Source of the DNA: an uncultured Bacilli bacterium
Lineage (GTDB): Bacteria > Bacillota_I > Bacilli_A > RF39 > UBA660
Length of the DNA stretch: 64,000 nt
NCBI GenBank assembly: GCA_947632455.1
Contig: CANRPK010000003.1
Coordinates: 2,476 to 66,475 of the forward strand
Direction: 5' to 3'
Each line of letters starts with the position of its first letter. Position 1 is the first letter of the stretch. This document shows, in pieces, positions 19,901 to 29,182 of the stretch. A model generated the notes under the pieces. That model made no database searches and had not been told where the DNA came from. It was given only the letters and a program-made list of their open reading frames with translations. Position numbers and translations under genes: made by a program.

Positions 19901-19939
19901 ATAACAACCATGACTTTTTTAGATGTGGTTGTTATTTTT
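19901..19939 (+). terminator. Rho-independent terminator
   Basis: Stem ATAACAACCA/TGGTTGTTAT followed by TTTT. Confidence 0.6.
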
Positions 19940-20061
19940 CTTGAAAACGCTAATAAGATTTAATCATATAAAATTCTATATAATGCTAATATCTATTCAT
20001 TTTATAGTTATTTTGTTTTTGACAAACATATAAAAATATTTTAGTGGATTTTTATTTCAAT

Positions 20062-20087
20062 AAAAAAATCATCTCTAATAGAGATGA
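20062..20087 (-). terminator. Terminator downstream of tRNA-Gly
   Basis: On the minus strand, CATCTCT-ATTA-GAGATG followed by ATTTTTTT. Confidence 0.5.
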
Positions 20088-20129
20088 AATATATTTTAAT
20101 GTCCGAAAAGTTCGAACAGATTCGTCACT

Positions 20130-20204
20130 GGAGCAAGTGAGCGGAATCGAACCGCCGTCTCAACCTTGGCAAGGTCGCATACTAACCGCTGTACTACACC
20201 TGCG
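20130..20204 (-). tRNA. tRNA-Gly (GCC)
   Basis: The reverse complement GCAGGTGTAGTACAGCGGTTAGTATGCGACCTTGCCAAGGTTGAGACGGCGGTTCGATTCCGCTCACTTGCTCCA folds as a cloverleaf. Anticodon loop TTGCCAA, encoded CCA. Confidence 0.9.
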
Positions 20205-20298
20205 TACAACAAAATAATATCAAAAACCTAAAAAAAAATCAAGAAAAATTGCAAATTTATTTCATTTATTATATAATTATCAATAAGGGATGTTCATT

Positions 20299-22368
20299 AT
20301 GAAAGAAAAAATAAAATTAGCGTTTCGTAAAAGTCGCAAAAAAATCGTTGAATATATAGCAACTAATCGTTTGTTTTTATCATATGTTGTTATTTCATTA
20401 TTAGGCTTAGTTCTAATTAGAAATTTTACTATTGGTAATATGTTTAGCTATAAAACATTTATTGTTGATTTAGCTTTAGTACTAATAATTGGATCATTAG
20501 GTTATTTGTTAAAACCTAAAAACCAGTATCGGTATTTTTTAATTTTGATAATAATATTTACCATCATGGAAATTGTAAATTCAATATATTATAAATTTTA
20601 TTTTTCCTTTGCTTCTTTTGGGGAATTATCGACCGCTGGGCAAACTGAAACAGTATTTGGATCAATCTTTGAAAAATTGGAAATAACTGATGTAATTTAC
20701 ATAATCTTCCCATTTATCTTTTATTTCATTCATAAAAAATTAATAAGAACTCCATATTATAATTATATGAGTTTAGTTGAAAAGGGTAAAAAGATGTGTG
20801 TTACAACTTTACTAATTGGCTGCATTTTTTTAGCTTATACTTTTGTTACCGCGACTAAACAAGATTATTCTAGATTAGCTAAACAATGGAATAGACCTTA
20901 TGTAGTTCAAAGATTTGGTTTGGTTTTATATCAATGCAATGACTTAATTCAAACATTAACTCCAAAGTTAAGCAGTTTATTTGGCTATGATGAATCTGTT
21001 CAAAAGTTTACCCAATACTTTACATCCGAAGATATTGATAAATATAATAAGAAAAATAAGTATACGAATATTTTAAATGGTTATAACATAATATTTATAC
21101 ACATGGAAGGTATGGAAACATACTTAATGGATTTAGAGTTTAATGGCGTTGAAGCTACACCAAATGTCAATAAATTAGCCAAAGAGGGAATGTTCTTTTC
21201 TAATTTCTATCCTCAAGTAAGTATAGGAACATCAAGTGATACAGAATTTACTTTACTAACTAGTTTAATGCCAGCTCAAAGTGGCGCCGTCTTTACCACT
21301 TATTATGATCGAGAATATATAACTTTACCAAAGCTATTACAAGAAAAAGGTTATTATACCTTTAGTATGCATGGTAATCATGCATCAATGTGGAACCGTA
21401 ATGTTGTTCATAAAAATTTAGGTTATAAAGATATGTATTTTGAAGAAAGTTTTGAATATACTAAAGATGATGTCATAAATTTAGGTATTAATGATAAGTT
21501 ATTTTTTAAAGAAGCTATGCCTATTTTAGAGAATATTGAAAAAACTAACAATAATTATATGGGAACAATTATAACATTATCAAATCACTCACCATTCATC
21601 TTCTTAGATAAATATGGCGAATATGATTTATCTACAACTTTTGAAGATTGCTCTAGTGGTACTTGTGAAACTAAAACAACTGATTTTCTACGTACAGGAA
21701 AAGAAGATTGGCAAAAAGCTGCCGGTAATTATATTACTAGTGCTCATTATGCCGACGCTGCATTAGGAGAGTTCTTTGAATATGTAAACAACTCTGATTG
21801 CTTTAATAATACAGTCTTTGTCTTATATGGCGATCATGATGCTAAATTAACTCGTAAAGAAAAAAATTATTTATATAATTATGATTATAAAACTGGTGAA
21901 TTAAAAGATGAAACAGATCCAACCTATATTGATTATGATTATTATGCCCATGAGTTAAATAAAAGAACACCATTAATTATTTGGACTAAAAATGCTAAAT
22001 TACGTAGTACATTAAATGGTGAAGTAGATTATGTAATGGGTATGTATGATGTTTTACCAACTTTAGGTAATATGTTAGGAATTAGTAATCCTTTTGCTTT
22101 TGGTCATGATATTTTTAATACTAAATATGATAATTTTGTAGTTTTTCCAAATGGTAACTTTGTTACTAATATGATTTATTATAATAATTCCACCGGTAAT
22201 TATAAAATAATTAAAGAAAATGCTGAATTAAGCGCGGATTATATTTCTGATCTTTTAGCTAAAACAGAAAATATTTTGGAAGTTTCTAATGGAATTATTG
22301 TTCATGATTTAATTAATTTAGAAGGGGATAAGGTATTAAGTATTAAAGAAAATGGGGCTGGTGAATAA
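20299..22368 (+). CDS. ltaS: Lipoteichoic acid synthase family protein (sulfatase domain)
   Basis: Five N-terminal TM helices plus an extracellular sulfatase-type domain (FIHMEGMETY, GTSSDTEFT, LSNHSPF, YGDHD). ATG 20299 follows AAGGGA. Confidence 0.85.
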   Translation: MKEKIKLAFRKSRKKIVEYIATNRLFLSYVVISLLGLVLIRNFTIGNMFSYKTFIVDLALVLIIGSLGYLLKPKNQYRYFLILIIIFTIMEIVNSIYYKFYFSFASFGELSTAGQTETVFGSIFEKLEITDVIYIIFPFIFYFIHKKLIRTPYYNYMSLVEKGKKMCVTTLLIGCIFLAYTFVTATKQDYSRLAKQWNRPYVVQRFGLVLYQCNDLIQTLTPKLSSLFGYDESVQKFTQYFTSEDIDKYNKKNKYTNILNGYNIIFIHMEGMETYLMDLEFNGVEATPNVNKLAKEGMFFSNFYPQVSIGTSSDTEFTLLTSLMPAQSGAVFTTYYDREYITLPKLLQEKGYYTFSMHGNHASMWNRNVVHKNLGYKDMYFEESFEYTKDDVINLGINDKLFFKEAMPILENIEKTNNNYMGTIITLSNHSPFIFLDKYGEYDLSTTFEDCSSGTCETKTTDFLRTGKEDWQKAAGNYITSAHYADAALGEFFEYVNNSDCFNNTVFVLYGDHDAKLTRKEKNYLYNYDYKTGELKDETDPTYIDYDYYAHELNKRTPLIIWTKNAKLRSTLNGEVDYVMGMYDVLPTLGNMLGISNPFAFGHDIFNTKYDNFVVFPNGNFVTNMIYYNNSTGNYKIIKENAELSADYISDLLAKTENILEVSNGIIVHDLINLEGDKVLSIKENGAGE

Positions 22369-23003
22369 TGCGTTTGAGATATAAACTAGGATTAGCATTT
22401 ATTATGGTTATATTAATAGGAGTGTGTTTTATAGGTTTAAATCGTTATTTATTAAATGATAAAGAAGAAGAGCAACCTAAACAAGAAGCCGTAGTGGTGT
22501 CTAACATTCCTAAATATGGTTATACCTTAGATGATCGTGATAATAAATACATGAAAGAAATATTTGAAGAACTAGTTAATACTTTAAGCTCCGAAGAAAT
22601 TGTTGAAGAAGATTATGCCGAAATGGTTGCCAAATTATTTATAACTGATTTTTATACTTTAGATAATAAAATAAATAAGTATGATGTTGGGGGCCTTGAA
22701 TATGTTTATTCTCCAAAAAAAGAGGAATTTAATACTAAAGCCCGGGATACAATTTATAAAGATTTAATAGATAATACATATCAAGATAGAATCCAAGATT
22801 TACCTGAAATAACTAATGTAGAAGTGCTAAATATTGAACCAACTAAAATAAAATTAAATGAAGAACAACAAGATGGTTATAAAGTTACTATGAAGTATAC
22901 TTATAAAGAAAACTTAGGATATGATACAGAAGGTACTTGCTATTTAGTAAATAATGATAATAAACTTGAAGTGGCTATGTATACGCCAACAATAGAAAGC
23001 TAG
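22368..23003 (+). CDS. Membrane-anchored hypothetical protein, translationally coupled to ltaS
   Basis: TAATG overlap with ltaS. N-terminal TM LGLAFIMVILIGVCFIGL. Confidence 0.5.
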   Translation: MRLRYKLGLAFIMVILIGVCFIGLNRYLLNDKEEEQPKQEAVVVSNIPKYGYTLDDRDNKYMKEIFEELVNTLSSEEIVEEDYAEMVAKLFITDFYTLDNKINKYDVGGLEYVYSPKKEEFNTKARDTIYKDLIDNTYQDRIQDLPEITNVEVLNIEPTKIKLNEEQQDGYKVTMKYTYKENLGYDTEGTCYLVNNDNKLEVAMYTPTIES

Positions 23004-23014
23004 GAAGTGAAGAA

Positions 23015-23584
23015 ATGCGGAATTTTGATACCATAGATATATTTTTTATCGCTTTAATAAGTGCTTATTTTATTACCTTATTGTGTATCATTATTACCAT
23101 CATTTATTTAAAGCTATCCAAACTATTTTCTAAAAATAAAACTAATCATAACGAAGAAATAAAAGAAGAAATTAAAAAAGAAGAAAAAATAAAAGAAAAA
23201 ACTAAGAAGGAACCTAAAGAAAAGACTAGTTTAAATCAAAAGTTAGAACAAAATGTTATAATTCGTAAATTATTTATGACTGAAGTAAAAAATAAAGAAC
23301 CACTTGAAGTTGCCAAAGAAATAACTCCAACCATTCCTAAAAAAGAAAATACTAAAAAAGAAAAGCCAACTACTAACAATAATAAAAAGCAAACTCAACC
23401 TAAAAAGACTAAATCAACTTCCAAAAATAATAAGAAAAAAACTTCAAATAATAAGTCTTCTAATAATAAAAATAAAAAATCAAATCAAAACAAATCTAAG
23501 AATAATACTAAAAAGAAAACAAATAATAAACCAAAAAATAAAAAACAACCAACTAAGCATAAAAAGAATTATCAAAAAAAATAA
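23015..23584 (+). CDS. Membrane-anchored Lys/Asn-rich low-complexity protein
   Basis: One TM helix followed by KE- and KN-rich tracts (…KKTSNNKSSNNKNKKSNQNKSKNN…). Confidence 0.45.
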   Translation: MRNFDTIDIFFIALISAYFITLLCIIITIIYLKLSKLFSKNKTNHNEEIKEEIKKEEKIKEKTKKEPKEKTSLNQKLEQNVIIRKLFMTEVKNKEPLEVAKEITPTIPKKENTKKEKPTTNNNKKQTQPKKTKSTSKNNKKKTSNNKSSNNKNKKSNQNKSKNNTKKKTNNKPKNKKQPTKHKKNYQKK

Positions 23585-23659
23585 TTCTTTTTTATTTTTG
23601 GGTAAAAACCTATGCAAAAAAAGGCTATAGCACATAGTATATTTCAGGAGGTAATTGAG

Positions 23660-24088
23660 GTGTTATTTGAAGATAACAATTTTGACATTAATATGTCTTT
23701 ATTTATGCCTAACATAGAACGCAATCCTAATATATTAGATCCTATGGAAGGCTTTTTAAGAGGAAATATGTTCCGAAATGAATATGTGCCTTATAAAAAT
23801 TTAACTTATTTTAAACTAAATCCCAAAACTGAAAAAGAGAAGACATTATATCATATTATGGCTTTATCCTTTGCAATTAATGATTTAAATTTATATTTAG
23901 ATTTACATCCTGAAAATAAAGAAATGTTTGAATTATTTAAAAAATATATAGCTGAGAAAAAAGAGTTAAGTAATAAATATAGTAAGCAATATGGACCTTT
24001 AACTTTAACCAAAACTACTAATCAAAAATATAATTGGGATGATTCTCCATGGCCTTGGGATAATTTAGGAGGTAGTATGTATGTTTAA
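23660..24088 (+). CDS. cotJB: Spore coat protein CotJB with a CotJA-like N-terminal segment
   Basis: ALSFAINDLNLYLDLHPENKEMFELFKKY...YGPL is the CotJB part. The preceding EGFLRGNMFRNEYVPYKN is CotJA-like. A GTG at 23660 follows CAGGAGG. Confidence 0.7.
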   Translation: MLFEDNNFDINMSLFMPNIERNPNILDPMEGFLRGNMFRNEYVPYKNLTYFKLNPKTEKEKTLYHIMALSFAINDLNLYLDLHPENKEMFELFKKYIAEKKELSNKYSKQYGPLTLTKTTNQKYNWDDSPWPWDNLGGSMYV

Positions 24089-24647
24089 ATATGTAAAACA
24101 CACTAATTATCCTATAAATATTCGTAAAAAAGATTTAAAAATGGCTAAATATTTATTATCTCAATTTGGTGGAGCTAATAGTGAACTAGCCGCGGCTTTA
24201 AGATATTTTTCTCAAAAATTTAATATGCCCGATGATTATGGTAAAGCCCTATTAAATGATATTGCAACTGAAGAATTAGGTCATTGTGAAATGATTGCAA
24301 CTATGGTTCATCAATTAACCAAAGACGCTACTGTAAAAGAAATGGAAGAAGCAGGTTTAGGCTCAACTTACACTGAGCATAAAAAAGGTATATATCCAAC
24401 TGATTCTAATGGGGTACCATTTACAGTTACTTATTTTTCTGTAACCGGTGATCCTCTAGCTGATATATCTGAAGATATGGCCGCAGAACAAAAAGCTCGA
24501 GCAATATATGAAAATTTAATTGATTTAACTGATGATGAAGATGTTTTAAGTGTTTTATTATTTTTAAGACAAAGAGAAATTGTTCATTTTAATCGCTTTA
24601 AAGAACTTTATGAATATTATAAGAAAAAAGGATATGATAAAATCTAG
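24081..24647 (+). CDS. cotJC: Spore coat protein CotJC (manganese-catalase family)
   Basis: SELAAALRYFSQ, EELGHCEMIATMV, REIVHFNRF di-metal ligand motifs. Confidence 0.9.
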   Translation: MFKYVKHTNYPINIRKKDLKMAKYLLSQFGGANSELAAALRYFSQKFNMPDDYGKALLNDIATEELGHCEMIATMVHQLTKDATVKEMEEAGLGSTYTEHKKGIYPTDSNGVPFTVTYFSVTGDPLADISEDMAAEQKARAIYENLIDLTDDEDVLSVLLFLRQREIVHFNRFKELYEYYKKKGYDKI

Positions 24648-24668
24648 CATTAATTTGCTAGTTTTTTC
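24644..24668 (+). terminator. Rho-independent terminator after cotJC
   Basis: CTAGCA-TTAATT-TGCTAG followed by TTTTTT. Confidence 0.6.
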
Positions 24669-24732
24669 ATTTGTTAAGTTGCAAAACTTTTCTAATTATG
24701 ATAGACTTATAATAAGAATAGAAAAGGTATAG

Positions 24733-26337
24733 GTGATTAGTATGCATACAGAAATATTTAATAATATAGATATTCTTATGAGTATGGCTAATTCTTCATT
24801 AAATATTGATGAAATAAATACAGAGTTAATAACTTTAGGAAAAAATATTAAAAATAAAAGAAATGAAATCGAAGATTTAAAAAGTCTTATGACTGATAGT
24901 CGATATTTTAATGCCTCTAATGAATTAGTCGATAAAAATATTGAAATAAGTTTAAAAAATAAAATAAATCGCCTAAATCGTAAAATCAAAATTATCAAAG
25001 AAACTCTTGAAGAAATAAAAAGTCGTGAAAAAAGAGTTCATGAAGATATAGATAGTCTAAAAAATAAATTAAGTCTCAATGAAGATTATATAAATACCTT
25101 AGAACATAAAGTAAAAAGTAGCACTACAAATAATTATTATAGTTCTTTATTAGAAAAAGAAAAAGAAAACATGAAAGATTTAAATAAAGAACTTGAAAAT
25201 AAAAATAATATATATAATGATATTCTAAAAGAATTAGAATTAAATAATCAAGCTTATAAAGAAATGACTGATAACTTAAGCACGGAAAAAACTCGGTTAA
25301 ATGATATCTTATCTAACCTTGAAAATCCTAATGCTTATATTGATGAAGACTTAAGAAAATCTGATAATGATAAATTAGCTGATTTAAATGAAGAATTAGA
25401 TAAATTAGAACAAAGAAAATTAGAATTATTAACAGATGCTAATATGATTGGTGCCGATGCTAAAGAGTTAATTATTAATAATGATGTAACCGCGGCTTTA
25501 AATAAAATAAAAGAATTAGTAAGTATTGTTAAAAAACAACCATTTATGGATATAACTTCACCAAGTATATTAGATGAAGAATTAGAAAAAAAAGAAAGCA
25601 TGCGTGAAGAATTATCAACATTAATTGATAATAAAAATTATGCTGAAACTAAAAGTGACGCTATAAGTAAAAGAATAAATTATATTAATAAAACAATTAC
25701 AGAGAATGAACAAAATATTGCTAAATATCAAAATGATATAGGAGCTATTGATGAATTTGTAAATAATTCTTTATCAACTCAAATTACTGATTTAGAAAAT
25801 GAATTATTAGCTTTAGAAAAAAGTCTTACTGATTATCATAATCTTTTAAAAGATCAAAATAAAACTCTTCGTGCTAGAGCTAATTTAGAAAGTACAATAT
25901 CTAAAAAAGAAAAAGAAAAAGAAATTTTAAATAATATATTATTCGCATATAAAGATAATTTATTAACTAAAATATCTAATACTAATAAAATAGAAGAGTA
26001 TATAAATTCTTTAAAAAATGAAAATGAAGAACTAACAACTGAATTAAATAAATTAAGTAAACTATCAATGTTAGATTTAAATACCAAAGATTTAGCTAAC
26101 GAAGAAGAAGATAAAGAAAAACTAAAAAAACTTAATGAAGAAATAAAAGCTATAAAAAAACGTCAAAAATTTACTAAAACTGCGGATGAAATATATGATG
26201 AAATTGATATGGCTTTAGCTAGTATTAATAGTTCAATTCCAAGTGAAAATAAGCCTTCTAAAAAAGAACCAGAAAAAATTAAAGTAATAGAAATAATTCC
26301 GGTTGAAACAATAAAAGCTGAAACTGGAGGTAATTAA
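24733..26337 (+). CDS. Long coiled-coil protein, hypothetical
   Basis: 534 aa, heptad-rich E/K/L/N composition throughout. No enzymatic motif. Confidence 0.55.
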   Translation: MISMHTEIFNNIDILMSMANSSLNIDEINTELITLGKNIKNKRNEIEDLKSLMTDSRYFNASNELVDKNIEISLKNKINRLNRKIKIIKETLEEIKSREKRVHEDIDSLKNKLSLNEDYINTLEHKVKSSTTNNYYSSLLEKEKENMKDLNKELENKNNIYNDILKELELNNQAYKEMTDNLSTEKTRLNDILSNLENPNAYIDEDLRKSDNDKLADLNEELDKLEQRKLELLTDANMIGADAKELIINNDVTAALNKIKELVSIVKKQPFMDITSPSILDEELEKKESMREELSTLIDNKNYAETKSDAISKRINYINKTITENEQNIAKYQNDIGAIDEFVNNSLSTQITDLENELLALEKSLTDYHNLLKDQNKTLRARANLESTISKKEKEKEILNNILFAYKDNLLTKISNTNKIEEYINSLKNENEELTTELNKLSKLSMLDLNTKDLANEEEDKEKLKKLNEEIKAIKKRQKFTKTADEIYDEIDMALASINSSIPSENKPSKKEPEKIKVIEIIPVETIKAETGGN

Positions 26338-26338
26338 A

Positions 26339-26584
26339 ATGGGACTAAAAAGAAATTGTATTATTGTTTTAGAAAATAAAGAGGAATATATTATTTTGAA
26401 TGAAGCTATGTATTATGGCAAAAAATATTTTCTAGCCATGGGATTAAATAAAGATCGAGTTGTAGATAATAAAAATGTCGTAATATTAGAAGAGTATATA
26501 AGTGGATTTGAAACCTATGTTATAAAAGTGGTTGACAGTGAAACTATTCAGATTTTAACTAGAATGTTTAAAGCTCAAAATTAA
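26339..26584 (+). CDS. Small hypothetical protein (DUF1292-like layout)
   Basis: 81 aa, starts 1 nt after the upstream stop (stop 26335-26337, ATG 26339). Weak resemblance only. Confidence 0.4.
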   Translation: MGLKRNCIIVLENKEEYIILNEAMYYGKKYFLAMGLNKDRVVDNKNVVILEEYISGFETYVIKVVDSETIQILTRMFKAQN

Positions 26585-26651
26585 AATCACTTAAAGATAT
26601 AGAATTAAATCCCTTTTTTTGATATAATAAAAAGCAAAGGAAAGTGATAAC

Positions 26652-27467
26652 ATGACATTAAACATGATATGGGAAGTCATCACTAAAATCATTGATATAA
26701 GTGTTGTTTGGCTCGTATTTTATTTTATTTTAAAAAATATTAAAAATAATATCAAAATGGTTTTAATCTTTAAAGGCGTAATATTAATATTAATAATTAA
26801 GCTTTTAAGTGATTTATTAAATTTATACACAGTAGGAATAATTCTCCAATATTGTGTCCAATGGGGACCACTTGCAATTATTGTAATATTCCAACCTGAA
26901 ATTAGAAGTGTATTAGAATCTATTGGTAGAACTCAATTATTAGGTCGTCATAAAATATTAACCATAGATGAACGGGAAAAAGTAGTTTATGAAATAATGA
27001 AAGCTATTGAATATTTTAAACGTAATCGTATAGGAGCTCTAATTGTAATTGAAAGAGAAATATCTTTACAAGAATATATTGAACCAGCGACTAAAATATA
27101 TGCTGATTTATCTAGTGATTTATTAGAGACTATTTTCTTTCCTAATGGACCACTTCATGATGGTGGTGTAATTTTACAAGGTGATAGAATAACGGCGGCT
27201 GGAGCAATATTTAAAACTAGTCTAAATGGAAGTATATCTAAAAGATTAGGAACTCGTCATAGAGCAGCCTTAGGAATTGCTGAAGAAAGTGATGCTGTTG
27301 CCTTAGTTGTATCTGAAGAAACCGGTCGTTTAAGTATCGCTTGTGATGGTGATATAAATTATAACTTAACTTTAGATGAATTTAGAATGTTACTAATTGA
27401 TTCTTTAAATCCTAAACCAGAAGTATTCTATGAAGCTGAAAATAAAGAGAGTGATGGTGAAGAATAA
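26652..27467 (+). CDS. cdaA: Diadenylate cyclase CdaA
   Basis: Three N-terminal TM helices and DAC motifs GALIVIERE, PLHDGGVIL, GTRHRAALG. Confidence 0.9.
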   Translation: MTLNMIWEVITKIIDISVVWLVFYFILKNIKNNIKMVLIFKGVILILIIKLLSDLLNLYTVGIILQYCVQWGPLAIIVIFQPEIRSVLESIGRTQLLGRHKILTIDEREKVVYEIMKAIEYFKRNRIGALIVIEREISLQEYIEPATKIYADLSSDLLETIFFPNGPLHDGGVILQGDRITAAGAIFKTSLNGSISKRLGTRHRAALGIAEESDAVALVVSEETGRLSIACDGDINYNLTLDEFRMLLIDSLNPKPEVFYEAENKESDGEE

Positions 27468-28837
27468 TGAAAACTATTTTAAATTTATTTAAAAAAATTA
27501 TATTAGGTATTTATCGAATTATAGATAAATTATTAATTACTCCTATAAGTAGATTAATATTTAATATCAAAGAATATTTAAAAGCTCATAATATTAAATT
27601 AGATTATATAATTAATCGTCCTAACTTTATAATTTATGTATCTTTAATTTTAGCAGTAGTGGTCTTTCTTTTAATTGATTCTCGTGTAATTGCTTTAGTA
27701 GAATCTGAAGCTGAAGTCTTAACTAATGTTCCTGTTAAAGCCAATTATAATGAAGAAGCTTATGTAGTCGAAGGTATTCCTAAAACTGTTGATATAGTCT
27801 TAATTGGTCGTAAAAGTGATATATATTTAGCTAAGCAATTAGGAACAAATATGGTTATATTAGATTTATCTGATTATACAGCCCGTTCTTCAGCTTATAA
27901 AGTTTATTTATCATATACTAAATCAATAGATTCCATAAATTATAAATTAGATCCATCATATGTTTCTGTAACTATTAAAGATAAAGTTAGTGTAACTAAA
28001 AGTGTAAATTATGATTTAGTAAATGTTGATTACTTAAATGAAAGATTAAGTGTTAAAAGTGTTGAATTAGCTAAAAGTGAAGTAGTTGTAAAGGGTAGTG
28101 AAGATTATTTAGATAATATTGCTACAGTTAAAGCTTTAATTGATTTAAAAGATAATAGCTTAAATGATGCTGGAACTTATGATATAAGTAATATTCCTCT
28201 ATTAGCATATGATAGTAAAGGAAGAATTATTGAAGAAGTAGAAATAGTCCCAACCACCATGACAGCTACAGTTACTTTAGATACTTATTCTAAGAGTGTT
28301 CCAATTAACGTTTTAACTACTGGTAATCTTGTTACGGGAAAATCTATTGCCTCAATTCTTATTAACAATAGTAATACTAAATCAGTTAATATATATGGTG
28401 ATGAAGAAACCATAAATGGAATTACAAGTGTTCCAGTAACTATAAATGTCGCTGGTCAAGGTGGAAATGGAACAAGAACATATAATGTAACTATCAATAA
28501 ACCAAATGGTGTAAGAAGTGTAAGCGAAACTAAAGCTACAATTACAGTTACATTTGGTGATGAAAAACAAAAAGAAGTCAATATATCTAATGTCTCTCAA
28601 CAAAACTTAGCTAGTGGCTTAGTTGCTAATATAGTTGGAACTGATAGTGTTAATGTTATTGTTAAAGGTGTTCAATCTGTAATAGATTCTGTAACTGAAA
28701 ATAATATCAATGCTTATATCGATCTTGAAGGCTATTCAGTGGGTGAATATGATGTTGAAGTCAAAATAGATAATAAAGACCCTCGCATAAAATATGTTGT
28801 TTCATCAACAGTAAAGGTTCGTATCTCAAATGATTAA
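27467..28837 (+). CDS. cdaR: CdaA regulator CdaR (YbbR-like repeats)
   Basis: TAATG overlap with cdaA. One TM followed by repeated YbbR-type beta modules. Confidence 0.8.
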   Translation: MKTILNLFKKIILGIYRIIDKLLITPISRLIFNIKEYLKAHNIKLDYIINRPNFIIYVSLILAVVVFLLIDSRVIALVESEAEVLTNVPVKANYNEEAYVVEGIPKTVDIVLIGRKSDIYLAKQLGTNMVILDLSDYTARSSAYKVYLSYTKSIDSINYKLDPSYVSVTIKDKVSVTKSVNYDLVNVDYLNERLSVKSVELAKSEVVVKGSEDYLDNIATVKALIDLKDNSLNDAGTYDISNIPLLAYDSKGRIIEEVEIVPTTMTATVTLDTYSKSVPINVLTTGNLVTGKSIASILINNSNTKSVNIYGDEETINGITSVPVTINVAGQGGNGTRTYNVTINKPNGVRSVSETKATITVTFGDEKQKEVNISNVSQQNLASGLVANIVGTDSVNVIVKGVQSVIDSVTENNINAYIDLEGYSVGEYDVEVKIDNKDPRIKYVVSSTVKVRISND

Positions 28838-28851
28838 CGAACCTTTTTTTT
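28814..28851 (+). terminator. Terminator at the end of cdaR
   Basis: AAGGTTCGT ... ACGAACCTT followed by a T8 run. The stem spans the cdaR stop codon. Confidence 0.6.
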
Positions 28852-29050
28852 ATTCACATATAGTAATTAATTCTCCAACAGAACAATCTAAATATTTGCA
28901 AAACTCTTCAATATATTTAAACGATATCGAAGTAGTATCACCTCTAATAATTCTATTAATATTTCTAGAAGTAATATTCATTCTTTGACATAACCAATAT
29001 TTAGTTTTACCTTTCTTTTTTAATAATTCTTCAATATTTATTTTAATCAT
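28850..29050 (-). CDS. XRE-family HTH regulator (66 aa), divergent from paralog copy 1
   Basis: KTKYWLCQRMNITSRNINRIIRGDTTSISFKYIEEFCKYLDCSVGELI is a Cro/C1-type HTH. Confidence 0.8.
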   Translation of the reverse strand: MIKINIEELLKKKGKTKYWLCQRMNITSRNINRIIRGDTTSISFKYIEEFCKYLDCSVGELITICE

Positions 29051-29104
29051 CTAAAGTCACCTCTACCAATATTTTATAAAATTAAGAAAATATAAATAAG
29101 GTAC

Positions 29105-29133
29105 TTGCATTACCCATATTTTTGATATATAAT
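29105..29133 (+). promoter_or_regulatory. Promoter of paralog copy 1
   Basis: TTGCAT, 17-nt spacer, TATAAT. Confidence 0.6.
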
Positions 29134-29144
29134 GTAAACATAAG

Positions 29145-29158
29145 TTAGAAATTTCTAA
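29145..29158. promoter_or_regulatory. 14-bp perfect palindrome TTAGAAATTTCTAA (candidate operator)
   Basis: Lies just downstream of the -10 element. An identical copy is at 40605-40618. Confidence 0.5.
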
Positions 29159-29182
29159 TAATATTGAGGAAAGGAAAAAAGA

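Noticed and set aside
24696-24998. Minus-strand 100-aa ORF overlapping the start of the coiled-coil gene. Similar antisense ORFs lie at 25335-25601 and 25854-26087.
   Set aside because: They are antisense to a long, uninterrupted coiled-coil ORF, with low-complexity S/I/L/F translations.
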